Of a stretch of DNA of 64,000 nucleotides, positions 7,835 through 16,140 are shown one piece after another. Made by a program: the position numbers and the translations under genes. This DNA comes from Nanobdellota archaeon (GTDB lineage Archaea; Nanobdellota; Nanobdellia; Parvarchaeales; Parvarchaeaceae): the NCBI GenBank assembly GCA_021802105.1, contig JAKAAW010000002.1, positions 993 through 64,992 on the forward strand, given 5' to 3'. Below the pieces are notes generated by a model. That model had not been told where the DNA came from. It was given only the letters and a program-made list of their open reading frames with translations, and searched no databases. Within the stretch, counting starts at the first letter, position 1, and each line of letters opens with the position of its first letter.

Positions 7835-8956
7835 ATGGAACTTGATTCAAATATATCATCGCAGGGGATTAAAGCGCCAAAATTCGATGAGAGTAAGACG
7901 AAAGAGTTTGATAAAGCGCTTGAAGATTTGATAACTTCTAGAAGAACAAGCATAAAGGTAGTTGGAGTCGGTGGTTCTGGAAACAATACTATAAACAGGA
8001 TGTTCGAAGTCGGGATAAAAGGAGCAGAACTTATAGCCATAAACACAGACGCTGCAGACCTCCTTTGCACCCCTGCTGATAAGAAGATACTGATAGGTAA
8101 GGAGCTTACTAGCGGTCTCGGAGCTGGTGCGGATCCTTCCGTGGGGGAGGCTGCTGCAAAAGAGCAGGAACAAGAAATAAAAGAGGCTCTGCAGGGGGCC
8201 GACATGGTCTTTATATGCAGCGGTATGGGAGGAGGAACGGGAACTGGTGCAGCTCCGGTAGTCGCGCAGGTAGCAAGGAAACTAAACGCTCTTACTATAG
8301 CAGTAGTGACTCTTCCTTTCAAAGCAGAAGGAAAGAGGCGCATGAACTCCGCGCTTGGAGGGGTGGAAAAGCTCAAAGCTTCAGTCGATACATTGATAAC
8401 AGTACCTAATGAAAAACTCCTGGCGATAGCGCCTGGTCTTCCTTTTGCTATAGCTCTTAAGATAGCAGACGACGTTCTTACTAGTGCAGTAAAAGGGATA
8501 ACAGAACTTATAACAAAGCCTGGTCTGATAAACGTAGACTTTGCGGATGTAAAACGCATAATGGCAAATGGAGGAGTTGCCTTGATAGGAACAGGAGAGA
8601 GTGACGCAAAGGACAAGAAGCTAGAATCTGTCGTGGAGAAGGTGCTGAATAATCCTCTGATAGATGTAGATACTTCGACTGCCAGGGGCATGCTTATAGA
8701 CGTTGCTGGTGGTCCCTCAATGACTCTCGACGAAGCTAACAAGATTGTGGAACTGGTAAACAACAAGTTGCCTGAAGAGATAAATATAATATGGGGCGCT
8801 CACATCTTTCCAGACCTAAAGAACACAGTAAAAGTCTTGGCTATAATAACTGGGGTCAGCTCAAAGCAGATAAGCGGCAAATCCATATACGAAGAGAAGG
8901 AACTAAAAGAGCGCAAGGAAGTGGAAGAAGAGCTCGGCATAACCTTTTTGAGTTGA
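7835..8956 (+). CDS. ftsZ: Cell division protein FtsZ
   Basis: VVGVGGSGNNTINRM, GLGAGADPSVG, and the tubulin signature GMGGGTGTGAAPVVA. Confidence 0.95.
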   Translation: MELDSNISSQGIKAPKFDESKTKEFDKALEDLITSRRTSIKVVGVGGSGNNTINRMFEVGIKGAELIAINTDAADLLCTPADKKILIGKELTSGLGAGADPSVGEAAAKEQEQEIKEALQGADMVFICSGMGGGTGTGAAPVVAQVARKLNALTIAVVTLPFKAEGKRRMNSALGGVEKLKASVDTLITVPNEKLLAIAPGLPFAIALKIADDVLTSAVKGITELITKPGLINVDFADVKRIMANGGVALIGTGESDAKDKKLESVVEKVLNNPLIDVDTSTARGMLIDVAGGPSMTLDEANKIVELVNNKLPEEINIIWGAHIFPDLKNTVKVLAIITGVSSKQISGKSIYEEKELKERKEVEEELGITFLS

Positions 8957-8968
8957 GCTTATACGCAT

Positions 8969-9385
8969 ATGGACGAAAAGAAAAGTCTCGCAGATGCGAA
9001 CATCCAACAGGAGCACATCCTCCCTCAGGCTGAACCCGTAGAAGAGAAACATGCTGAGACAAAAGCCGTTGAGCCTGTCATGAAAGAACCGTCTGAACGG
9101 AAAATAGATGTCAAACCGCCGGAGCATAAGACAGAAGAGCACCCACGGCATGTTAAACGCAGGAGAATATCCATCAGCAAGATAGCTTCAAAAGCAAAAA
9201 TTCTCCACCCTCTTCACGTAAAGCAGAAACTCAGCCACTACAGGGTTGAGTACAGCAGGGTTCTTCACCTAGCCAGAAAACCGACCAGATCAGAGTACAA
9301 GGAGCTGGCTATAATGGTGGCCATAGGTACGTCAATTATAGGCGTAATTGGTTTCATAGTGCAGATGATAATACAGTTCATCTGA
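8969..9385 (+). CDS. secE: Protein translocase subunit SecE/Sec61-gamma with a long charged N-terminal extension
   Basis: The C-terminal 50 aa (YSRVLHLARKPTRSEYKELAIMVAIGTSIIGVIGFIVQMI) match archaeal SecE. The gene sits immediately downstream of ftsZ, as in many Euryarchaeota. Confidence 0.7.
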   Translation: MDEKKSLADANIQQEHILPQAEPVEEKHAETKAVEPVMKEPSERKIDVKPPEHKTEEHPRHVKRRRISISKIASKAKILHPLHVKQKLSHYRVEYSRVLHLARKPTRSEYKELAIMVAIGTSIIGVIGFIVQMIIQFI

Positions 9386-9497
9386 GGCGCAGACTAACTT
9401 AAAATATAAATAGGTTTCATGTCTGATAAACTAGATATTAAATGAGTATTACTGGATTGCTATAACGATAACCGTCATAGCATTCACTTCGATAAAC

Positions 9498-10313
9498 TTG
9501 TTTTCAAAGGCTTTTCTCAACAAAAAGAACTTGACAATATCATACAGGTCATTCATTCCTTTTTATCTCGCGTTTTCAGCCGCAGCAGCAGTTATAGTTG
9601 CCCTGTTTCTTGTTCATAGCATATCTATAAGCCCGGATGGGTTAGCATACGCCGCTTTGATGGGATTTATATACACTGTAGCTGCCTATCTGGTTTTTTA
9701 CAGCTTGGAAAATGAACAGGTTATGATAATAACCACAATAACCTCCTCCCAATTCATAATATTGTCTTTCCTTTCGGCAGTTATATTCATCCGAGCCCTT
9801 GTCCTCAAGGACACGATGCTTACAGTATTGATGCTTGCAGGCGTAATACTGCTTTCTATCGATAGAAAAAGAAAATTAAAGCTATCAAAATTTGCTCTTC
9901 TGACTTTTTTAGGAACAGTGGCGTGGGTCATAATGTGGCTTATATTCTACGCTACAATAGAGACGGGCACCTCTCCGTTCGTGTATTATACATGGCTGGC
10001 GATTTTTGCCGCTATTTTCTCCGTTGTGTTCTCCGTCGTCCTTGGGGTAAAGATAGCGGACCTTAAGTCTCCGATAAAGTCGAGAAAACTGACATCTTAC
10101 ATGCTGTCAGCAGGCGTAGCAAGCGGGGTTGGCACATTGATGTTCTCCTTTGCTTACAGCATGAACAGCGTCCTAAGTCCACTTTTTACTCAAATAAGCA
10201 TACCCTCCGTAGCGATACTAGCCTTTCTGCTGTTTAGAGATAGGATAAAGGTTACTGAAATAATTGGTGCGGCGGCGATAATAGTCTCTGTATTTTTACT
10301 GGTTCTGGCCTAA
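9498..10313 (+). CDS. DMT/EamA-family transporter. The N-terminal helix appears to be encoded upstream of the called TTG start.
   Basis: About 9-10 TM helices in two EamA-like halves. The frame is open from 9435 and encodes a further helix (EYYWIAITITVIAFTSINLF) with no canonical start codon. Confidence 0.6.
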   Translation: MFSKAFLNKKNLTISYRSFIPFYLAFSAAAAVIVALFLVHSISISPDGLAYAALMGFIYTVAAYLVFYSLENEQVMIITTITSSQFIILSFLSAVIFIRALVLKDTMLTVLMLAGVILLSIDRKRKLKLSKFALLTFLGTVAWVIMWLIFYATIETGTSPFVYYTWLAIFAAIFSVVFSVVLGVKIADLKSPIKSRKLTSYMLSAGVASGVGTLMFSFAYSMNSVLSPLFTQISIPSVAILAFLLFRDRIKVTEIIGAAAIIVSVFLLVLA

Positions 10314-10320
10314 TCAGGCT

Positions 10321-10420
10321 CTTTAAGGCATTACTATACCAATACTTATCTATAATTTTATCAACGTGAGCGGAAAATCAATCTCTTTAGATGTGGATGA
10401 TATCACATGTACAAGTACCT
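10321..10420 (+). repeat. Copy B of the three-copy intergenic element (core 10361-10407)
   Basis: TCAACGTGAGCGGAAAATCAATCTCTTTAGATGTGGATGATATCACA. The ends are inverted-complementary: TTAAGGCA at 10323-10330 and TGCCTT(T)AA at 10411-10419 (one extra T on the right arm). Confidence 0.6.
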
Positions 10421-10430
10421 TGCCTTTAAT

Positions 10431-11093
10431 CTAAACAAAAGGTATGCCTATGTCCGCTATTATTATCTCACCGCACGCGTTTCTGCTTTCTCTACTCTTC
10501 AACATCCCTTTCTTTGGAGCGTGCATTGTGACTGTATAATCTGAGATAACAGAATGATCACAGACCCCGCTGTCCGCTTCCATCCCAGACGGTATATCTA
10601 CGCTGACCTTCGTCGCCGATTTTATGGAGTTTATAAAATTTATGGTCCGCATATGCAGCTGTCTTGGGATTCCTTTGAATCCGGTACCGAACAGTCCTAT
10701 TATTATAACATCACTGGCGACAATCATATTTTCAAGTGTCTTAAGTTCATTGAGTTCTTCGATGACATTTATCCTTACCCCATTTGTCTTCCTGAGAATC
10801 TTCCAGTTAACTTTGGCTTCTGGTGACGTTATCTTCTTTTTACTGCCTACAAGCGCTACATCAACGTCCAGACCATGGTAAAGTAGATGTCTGGCTGCGA
10901 CAAACGCGTCACCGCCGTTGTTTCCAGTTCCGGCCACTACGAGAACTCTTCTTCTGCCTGAAACTTTGCATAGATTATTGACAAGGTCAGATACGCTTTT
11001 ACCTGCGTTCTCCATCATTATTAGCCTTGATACGCCAGCTTTTATTGCAGCATCCTCTATTTCATGCATTTTGCCCGAAGTTACAGCTTCCAT
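10431..11093 (-). CDS. NAD(P)H-hydrate epimerase (YjeF N-terminal domain protein)
   Basis: LIMMENAGKSV...VLVVAGTGNNGGDAFVAARHL is the YjeF_N signature. Confidence 0.8.
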   Translation of the reverse strand: MEAVTSGKMHEIEDAAIKAGVSRLIMMENAGKSVSDLVNNLCKVSGRRRVLVVAGTGNNGGDAFVAARHLLYHGLDVDVALVGSKKKITSPEAKVNWKILRKTNGVRINVIEELNELKTLENMIVASDVIIIGLFGTGFKGIPRQLHMRTINFINSIKSATKVSVDIPSGMEADSGVCDHSVISDYTVTMHAPKKGMLKSRESRNACGEIIIADIGIPFV

Positions 11094-11160
11094 GTGATGT
11101 GCTCAATGTATTTTATTATGCCGTACGATTTAAATTTTCAAATTTTTTAGCCCTCTTGCT

Positions 11161-11613
11161 TCAGTTCATCCTGAGCACTTCGCAGATCCATCCATTTGGA
11201 AGGTTCTTTTTCATTAGCTCAGAGACGTCACCTTTGAATGTCGCGTCAATAATAGGATAGATGTCCGATTCCTCTGTTAGGTTATGACTCTTCAATACTC
11301 TAATAAGGGATTCGGAACGTCGTGTAGCCAGATCAATGTCCCCAGTTTTTATCGCGTGTCCTATTATATCAAGAAGTTTCCATATAGCACCGTGCTCCAT
11401 CTCCAATCCTACCACTCTATTTCTGAACTCTTCTGAAAGATTTGGAAACAGTGCAGTCTCCTCAAGGAATATATGTGTCTTTAAGTCGTTCGCTATATCC
11501 TCGAAAATTGGCACAGCATTTGTGTTATTCTTTAATTCAACCACAAGTTCGCTCAGCATAGAACCAACTTTGTCGTGGTCTTTCGTCAAAAGTTCACTTA
11601 TGCCAAATCCCAA
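11161..11613 (-). CDS. Hemerythrin-like (HHE cation-binding) domain protein
   Basis: LTKDHDKV, HIFLEETALFP, MEHGAIW and H..EE spacing typical of hemerythrin-like domains. Confidence 0.6.
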   Translation of the reverse strand: MGFGISELLTKDHDKVGSMLSELVVELKNNTNAVPIFEDIANDLKTHIFLEETALFPNLSEEFRNRVVGLEMEHGAIWKLLDIIGHAIKTGDIDLATRRSESLIRVLKSHNLTEESDIYPIIDATFKGDVSELMKKNLPNGWICEVLRMN

Positions 11614-11617
11614 GGAA

Positions 11618-12154
11618 TCACCCTCTATTTATAAAAGCAGTCGTCTGTGCTGTCTTTGGTTTTATACTGAGTGCGTCAACGAATTTTTCGTCATATCCGC
11701 TGTATTTCATTATCCTGCCGCCTGTCCCAATAAATAGGTATATTCTGGTCTTGTCATATCCGAACTGCAGAGGAGGTATCAGTCCTCTCGAATCCTTAAG
11801 TCTTCTGAAATTCTGATCGTACGCCACTTTCAGAGAATTCATCTTATTCTTATTGACTGAGAACTGTTCGTTCATATCTTGGTCATAGAATATCAGTCTG
11901 CTGTCGCCAACTTCTATGAATCCAGCATGTTTGTGCAGGGGCTTTCCGAAAGGCTGCGATAAGTGGACACTTATCCATTGTTCATACATCCCTGCTTTCG
12001 GGATCTCATCCTTGAATATCCACAGCGCACTGAATAGATTCGTCCTCTCGCGTATATAATTCTCGATGAATTTGCTTCTTGGCACGTCTCCCCTGTGCGA
12101 ATCTACGAATCTTATTAGATGCTCATCAAGTGTTATGCTTATCTTCTCCTTCAT
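11618..12154 (-). CDS. Protein with an N-terminal ribbon-helix-helix (CopG-like) domain and an unknown C-terminal domain
   Basis: KISITLDEHLIRFVD....RSKFIENYIRE fits an RHH pattern. The remaining roughly 140 aa are unrecognised. The gene lies 4 nt upstream of the hemerythrin gene. Confidence 0.4.
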   Translation of the reverse strand: MKEKISITLDEHLIRFVDSHRGDVPRSKFIENYIRERTNLFSALWIFKDEIPKAGMYEQWISVHLSQPFGKPLHKHAGFIEVGDSRLIFYDQDMNEQFSVNKNKMNSLKVAYDQNFRRLKDSRGLIPPLQFGYDKTRIYLFIGTGGRIMKYSGYDEKFVDALSIKPKTAQTTAFINRG

Positions 12155-12440
12155 GAGACATAGAAATCAGGCAAAATACTTAAGCATATCATTTAAGAGT
12201 CATAAAAGCGGAGCGATCGGACTTATTAATAATATATGGTTTTAGACCAACATAGGCGGCTTTCTTAACAAAGTTCGCTAATAAAGTTATATATGGTAGA
12301 TTAATACTTTATTGTCAGAAATGGTTATACTAACAAAGCCAACATTGATGGCTTTGCACATAAACTAAGCCTATCCTTTAATTAAAGTCGAATTTGTGTT
12401 CACCGAGCCCAATAAATGTGCGTACACTCCCATAATCTTC

Positions 12441-12995
12441 TTATCTTTTATTCCGCATTTTTTCTAGTTCATTTAAGATTGCAACCAGTTTCTTATCTTT
12501 TATTCTGGTTCTTGCAGTCGTATAGAACTCTTCAAGATCTAATCCGTATTTGCTTTCATATTCATATGCCTGGATAGCCATTTCCAGTTTATCCAGCTGT
12601 TTCACAAATCTAGCCTCTGGCGTCCTGTCCTCTTCAAACTCATCAAATAGTTTTATGTACTCTTCTCCTTCTTTGCTGAGAGATGAAAATATCCGTTTTA
12701 TAGCCCTGCTTTCTTTTTCTTTTTTTGATTGTGCCAAGTTTTCAGATATTTTTGTTCCTGCTCTTTCAGTAACTATGTCTCCTATTATAGATTCTCCGAT
12801 ATCGTGTATGAGTGCCATTTTAATCGATTTAAGTGGGTCAACATTCATCTCTTTAGCTAATAACATAGCTAAAATCCCGGTTCTAAAAGAATGCTCTGCT
12901 ACACTTTCTGGGTGAGGGATGTTATTCCTTACCCAACCTGTTCTTTCGATTGTTTTCAATATGCCGATGAATTTGTTGAACTTAATAATATCCAT
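12441..12995 (-). CDS. HD-domain phosphohydrolase (YfbR-like 5'-deoxynucleotidase family)
   Basis: RTGWVRNNIPHPESVAEHSF and ALIHDIGESIIGDI provide the H...HD...D metal ligands. Confidence 0.8.
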   Translation of the reverse strand: MDIIKFNKFIGILKTIERTGWVRNNIPHPESVAEHSFRTGILAMLLAKEMNVDPLKSIKMALIHDIGESIIGDIVTERAGTKISENLAQSKKEKESRAIKRIFSSLSKEGEEYIKLFDEFEEDRTPEARFVKQLDKLEMAIQAYEYESKYGLDLEEFYTTARTRIKDKKLVAILNELEKMRNKR

Positions 12996-13165
12996 CTATA
13001 CAATAGAGCACAGATACTTCTTAAAGTTAATTTAGGAGTTTTTATTAACAATTTGGATTTATGTGCAGGAAGCCTAATTTGTGTGTAGGGGAAGGCTTTC
13101 TTTAATTGATGTGCAAAGCCAACATTGATGATAGCTTTAAATACTTTCGGCTGTTATACTTGAAT

Positions 13166-14518
13166 ATGGCGAAGTCTGCTTACACAGCACTGGATACAGC
13201 CAAAACAAGCGGAGAACACCTTAGAATAACGCTGTTATCCGTCGCAGGAACATTTCTTGATGGTTACGACATTTCTATAATTGGTGTAGCACTTACTATC
13301 ATAACAGCCCTTTCAGCTTTCAGCTATGCAACCACACCCTTAGGAAAGGGACTTATGGCGGCATCGACGACGATAGGTATGCTTTTTGGTGCCCTTTCAA
13401 TAGGTTACATAACCGACCTAAGGGGGAGAAAGTTCATGTACCTTTGGGATATGGTTATATTCATAGTCTTCACAGCTGCAATATCCTTATCGTTCAATTT
13501 CTGGTCTCTGTTTATATTCAGGCTCATCCTCGGTCTCGCTATAGGTGCAGATTATGCTATAGGTGCGACAATAATATCAGAATTTACTCCAAAGAAGTCC
13601 AGAGGAAAATTCCTCGCCAGTGATGGCCTTGCATGGTGGGTCGGAGCTGCCTTCGCTTTTGTAGTAGGCTACCTTCTATTGCCATTCGGAGACAATTCAT
13701 GGCGCTGGATGTTCGCTATAGGAATCATACCCGCAATAATAGTCCTTGTGCTTAGAAGAACCGTCCCAGAATCAGCGAGATGGCTAGCAACCCATGGGGA
13801 GATAGCAAAAGCCAGACAGACTGAGAAGATAATAACCGGTAAATCCGACATACTGAAGGTCTCAAGGCAGAAAGTTTCGTTCTGGACCCTTTTCGAAAAG
13901 AAATACATAAAGAACACGGTTTATTTCGGATTGGCGTGGTTCTTCTACGATGTAGCCTTTTATGGGATAGGACTTTTCACTCCGACCATACTGATACTTT
14001 TAGGACTAAGCCACTCGCTGTCTATCTTAGGTTCGGCGATATTCTCATCGCTGGCTATAATAGGTAGCGTGATGTGTATACTCACTGTCGATAGATGGGG
14101 TAGAAAGCCCATTACGATACTCGGGTTTGCAGGTATGTTTATATCACTTCTGGTGCTTGCTGTAATAGCGATGCTTGTACCTACGGATGCTTTCGCTGCA
14201 GGATTCACGGGAATCGCGATAGCTGCTATGTATATACTGTTTGAAGTTACGCAATCATGGGGCATGGGCAGCACAGACTTCGTTTACGGTCAGGAACTTT
14301 TCCCCACTACTATACGTGCAACCGGACAAGGTTGGGGTACTTCAGTCAGCAGGATAGGTGCGATACTTGGTCTTACTACGTTCCCTACTATTGTGGCCCT
14401 TTATGGTCTAGGCTATGGTCTGCTTTTCTTCGCGATAGCTGGTCTCATAGGGATGCTGCTCACAATCTTTATGGCCCCGGAGACTAAGGAGAAGTCGTTA
14501 GAGGAGCTCACAGAATAA
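13166..14518 (+). CDS. MFS transporter, sugar-porter/metabolite:H+ symporter type
   Basis: 12 TM helices, DLRGRKF loop motif, PESARWL. The start was moved to the ATG at 13166 (MAKSAY..) because the track's N-terminal 20 aa overlap the leader and repeat. Confidence 0.8.
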   Translation: MAKSAYTALDTAKTSGEHLRITLLSVAGTFLDGYDISIIGVALTIITALSAFSYATTPLGKGLMAASTTIGMLFGALSIGYITDLRGRKFMYLWDMVIFIVFTAAISLSFNFWSLFIFRLILGLAIGADYAIGATIISEFTPKKSRGKFLASDGLAWWVGAAFAFVVGYLLLPFGDNSWRWMFAIGIIPAIIVLVLRRTVPESARWLATHGEIAKARQTEKIITGKSDILKVSRQKVSFWTLFEKKYIKNTVYFGLAWFFYDVAFYGIGLFTPTILILLGLSHSLSILGSAIFSSLAIIGSVMCILTVDRWGRKPITILGFAGMFISLLVLAVIAMLVPTDAFAAGFTGIAIAAMYILFEVTQSWGMGSTDFVYGQELFPTTIRATGQGWGTSVSRIGAILGLTTFPTIVALYGLGYGLLFFAIAGLIGMLLTIFMAPETKEKSLEELTE

Positions 14519-14526
14519 GAATCTGG

Positions 14527-15252
14527 ATGGATATAAAATTTTTGGGTAGATGGAGTTCAAACATTGTTAAAAACCAGAGGAATATCTCTTTTGTTCTTGA
14601 CAATAAGATAGCTTTCGACTTTGGGCCTCACGCCTTAGAGTCGCTACTTGACTTCGGAATAGACCCGACTAAGATAACGATGCTCCTAATAACGCACATG
14701 CATCTTGACCATTACGCAGGAGTGGCCGAGCTTCTCTGGTATAGATCGATACACAAAGCTAGGGACCCTCTTTTGGTGCTAGGGCCAAAAGGCATAAGGA
14801 AAAACACGCATAAGCTGATGAAAGCTCTGAAAACTCCTGAGAATTGGTATAAAGAACAGATAGACACGAACACGGACTATATAGAAAACAAAGGCACCGA
14901 TTTTATACAAGTCTTTCATGCCGACCACCTTATACCAGATAATGGCTACAGAGTCGATTATAAAGGGAAGGCTATATTCTATTCCGGGGACACAGCTTAC
15001 TCCAAGAATGTAGTGGATGGAGCTAAGGATGTTGATATCCTTCTTCACGAGATGACCTACACTGAGAAGGACAGAAAAGCGGCAGATTTCTGGCGCCACT
15101 CCACATACAGCGATACGATGAAGGTTTTCAGGGAGAGCAATGCTAAGAAACTTATACCAGTCCATCTTTCAGGTTCGTCAAGCGCCTTGGCATGGAATGT
15201 CTCAAAAAAGATGAAGAATGTGGTATATCCTCCGAAGATTTTGAAGTTATAA
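14527..15252 (+). CDS. Metallo-beta-lactamase-fold hydrolase (RNase Z/ElaC-like small form)
   Basis: LLITHMHLDHYAG (HxHxDH), with later H and D ligands (SGDTAY, LLHE). Confidence 0.75.
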   Translation: MDIKFLGRWSSNIVKNQRNISFVLDNKIAFDFGPHALESLLDFGIDPTKITMLLITHMHLDHYAGVAELLWYRSIHKARDPLLVLGPKGIRKNTHKLMKALKTPENWYKEQIDTNTDYIENKGTDFIQVFHADHLIPDNGYRVDYKGKAIFYSGDTAYSKNVVDGAKDVDILLHEMTYTEKDRKAADFWRHSTYSDTMKVFRESNAKKLIPVHLSGSSSALAWNVSKKMKNVVYPPKILKL

Positions 15253-15285
15253 AAATAAAAAAAAGGATTAATTCACGCGTGTAGT

Positions 15286-16095
15286 TTGACTGTTATGAAG
15301 ACCAAATCATTCAGCGATTTCTTCGCCTCAAAGAAGTTCGTTATATTTGACGGCGATGGCACATTGTACCTGGACAAAAATCCTATAGACGGTTCTAAAA
15401 GACTTCTCTCTCTTCTGGATATGACCGGAAAAGGCTTTGTTATCATAAGCAACAATGATTCAATTTCGTATAATTCAAGATTAAAACTGGTAAGAAAGAT
15501 ACTTGGAGTAAACATCCCCTCATCAAGATTTATTCTGCCGACTCAACCTACAATAGAATATCTAAAAGAAAAAGGGGTAAAATCTTTTGATGGGCTGGTC
15601 ACAGATGGGCTGAGACGGGACATTATCAATGGAGGCATAAGATATGATACTAACTCACCTCAGATAATAATTATAGGCTTTGACACGCAGCTTACATATG
15701 AAAAGCTCAGGAGAGTGGTATCACACATAAACAACGGAGTTGATTATCTGGTTACACACACAGACCCACTCTGTCCAGTTAAGAGTGGATCGATGCCGGA
15801 TGCTGGTTCGATATTCCAGCTTATCAGGGCTGCGACCAGAAAGGAGCCAGTTGTTATAATAGGAAAGCCATTCCGAAGAATAATAGATTACGTGCTGAGG
15901 GAGAACAGGCTAGACAAGAAAAACGTGCTGATAGTGGGAGACAGGGCGGATACGGACATAAAAATGGCTGAATCTAACTGCATAGACTCAGTCCTTATAG
16001 CTAGAGAGAAAGGTGAGCTAAGGAAACTCAGAGAACTTAAACTTTCCCCATCATACGTTTTTGATTCCCTGTCTGATATGTTAAAGGAGACATAA
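15286..16095 (+). CDS. HAD-superfamily hydrolase, subfamily IIA (NagD-like)
   Basis: VIFDGDGTLY, ISNN, GKP, VGDRADTDI. Confidence 0.75.
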   Translation: MTVMKTKSFSDFFASKKFVIFDGDGTLYLDKNPIDGSKRLLSLLDMTGKGFVIISNNDSISYNSRLKLVRKILGVNIPSSRFILPTQPTIEYLKEKGVKSFDGLVTDGLRRDIINGGIRYDTNSPQIIIIGFDTQLTYEKLRRVVSHINNGVDYLVTHTDPLCPVKSGSMPDAGSIFQLIRAATRKEPVVIIGKPFRRIIDYVLRENRLDKKNVLIVGDRADTDIKMAESNCIDSVLIAREKGELRKLRELKLSPSYVFDSLSDMLKET

Positions 16096-16140
16096 GCACT
16101 CCTTAGATAATTATTTATCTAAGCGATTACTCAGCTTGAA

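Noticed and set aside
7828-8766. A 312-aa ORF on the minus strand, antisense to ftsZ. Similar long antisense ORFs occur at 41976-42578 (opposite prs), 55681-56394 (opposite copA), 50720-51298 and 51320-51643 (opposite the ABC ATPase and MFS genes), 21243-21692 (opposite the MNT gene), and 689-1117.
   Set aside because: Each lies entirely inside a gene with strong family motifs on the other strand. Each has low-complexity Ser/Pro/Ile-rich translations typical of shadow ORFs. No motif was recognised in any of them.
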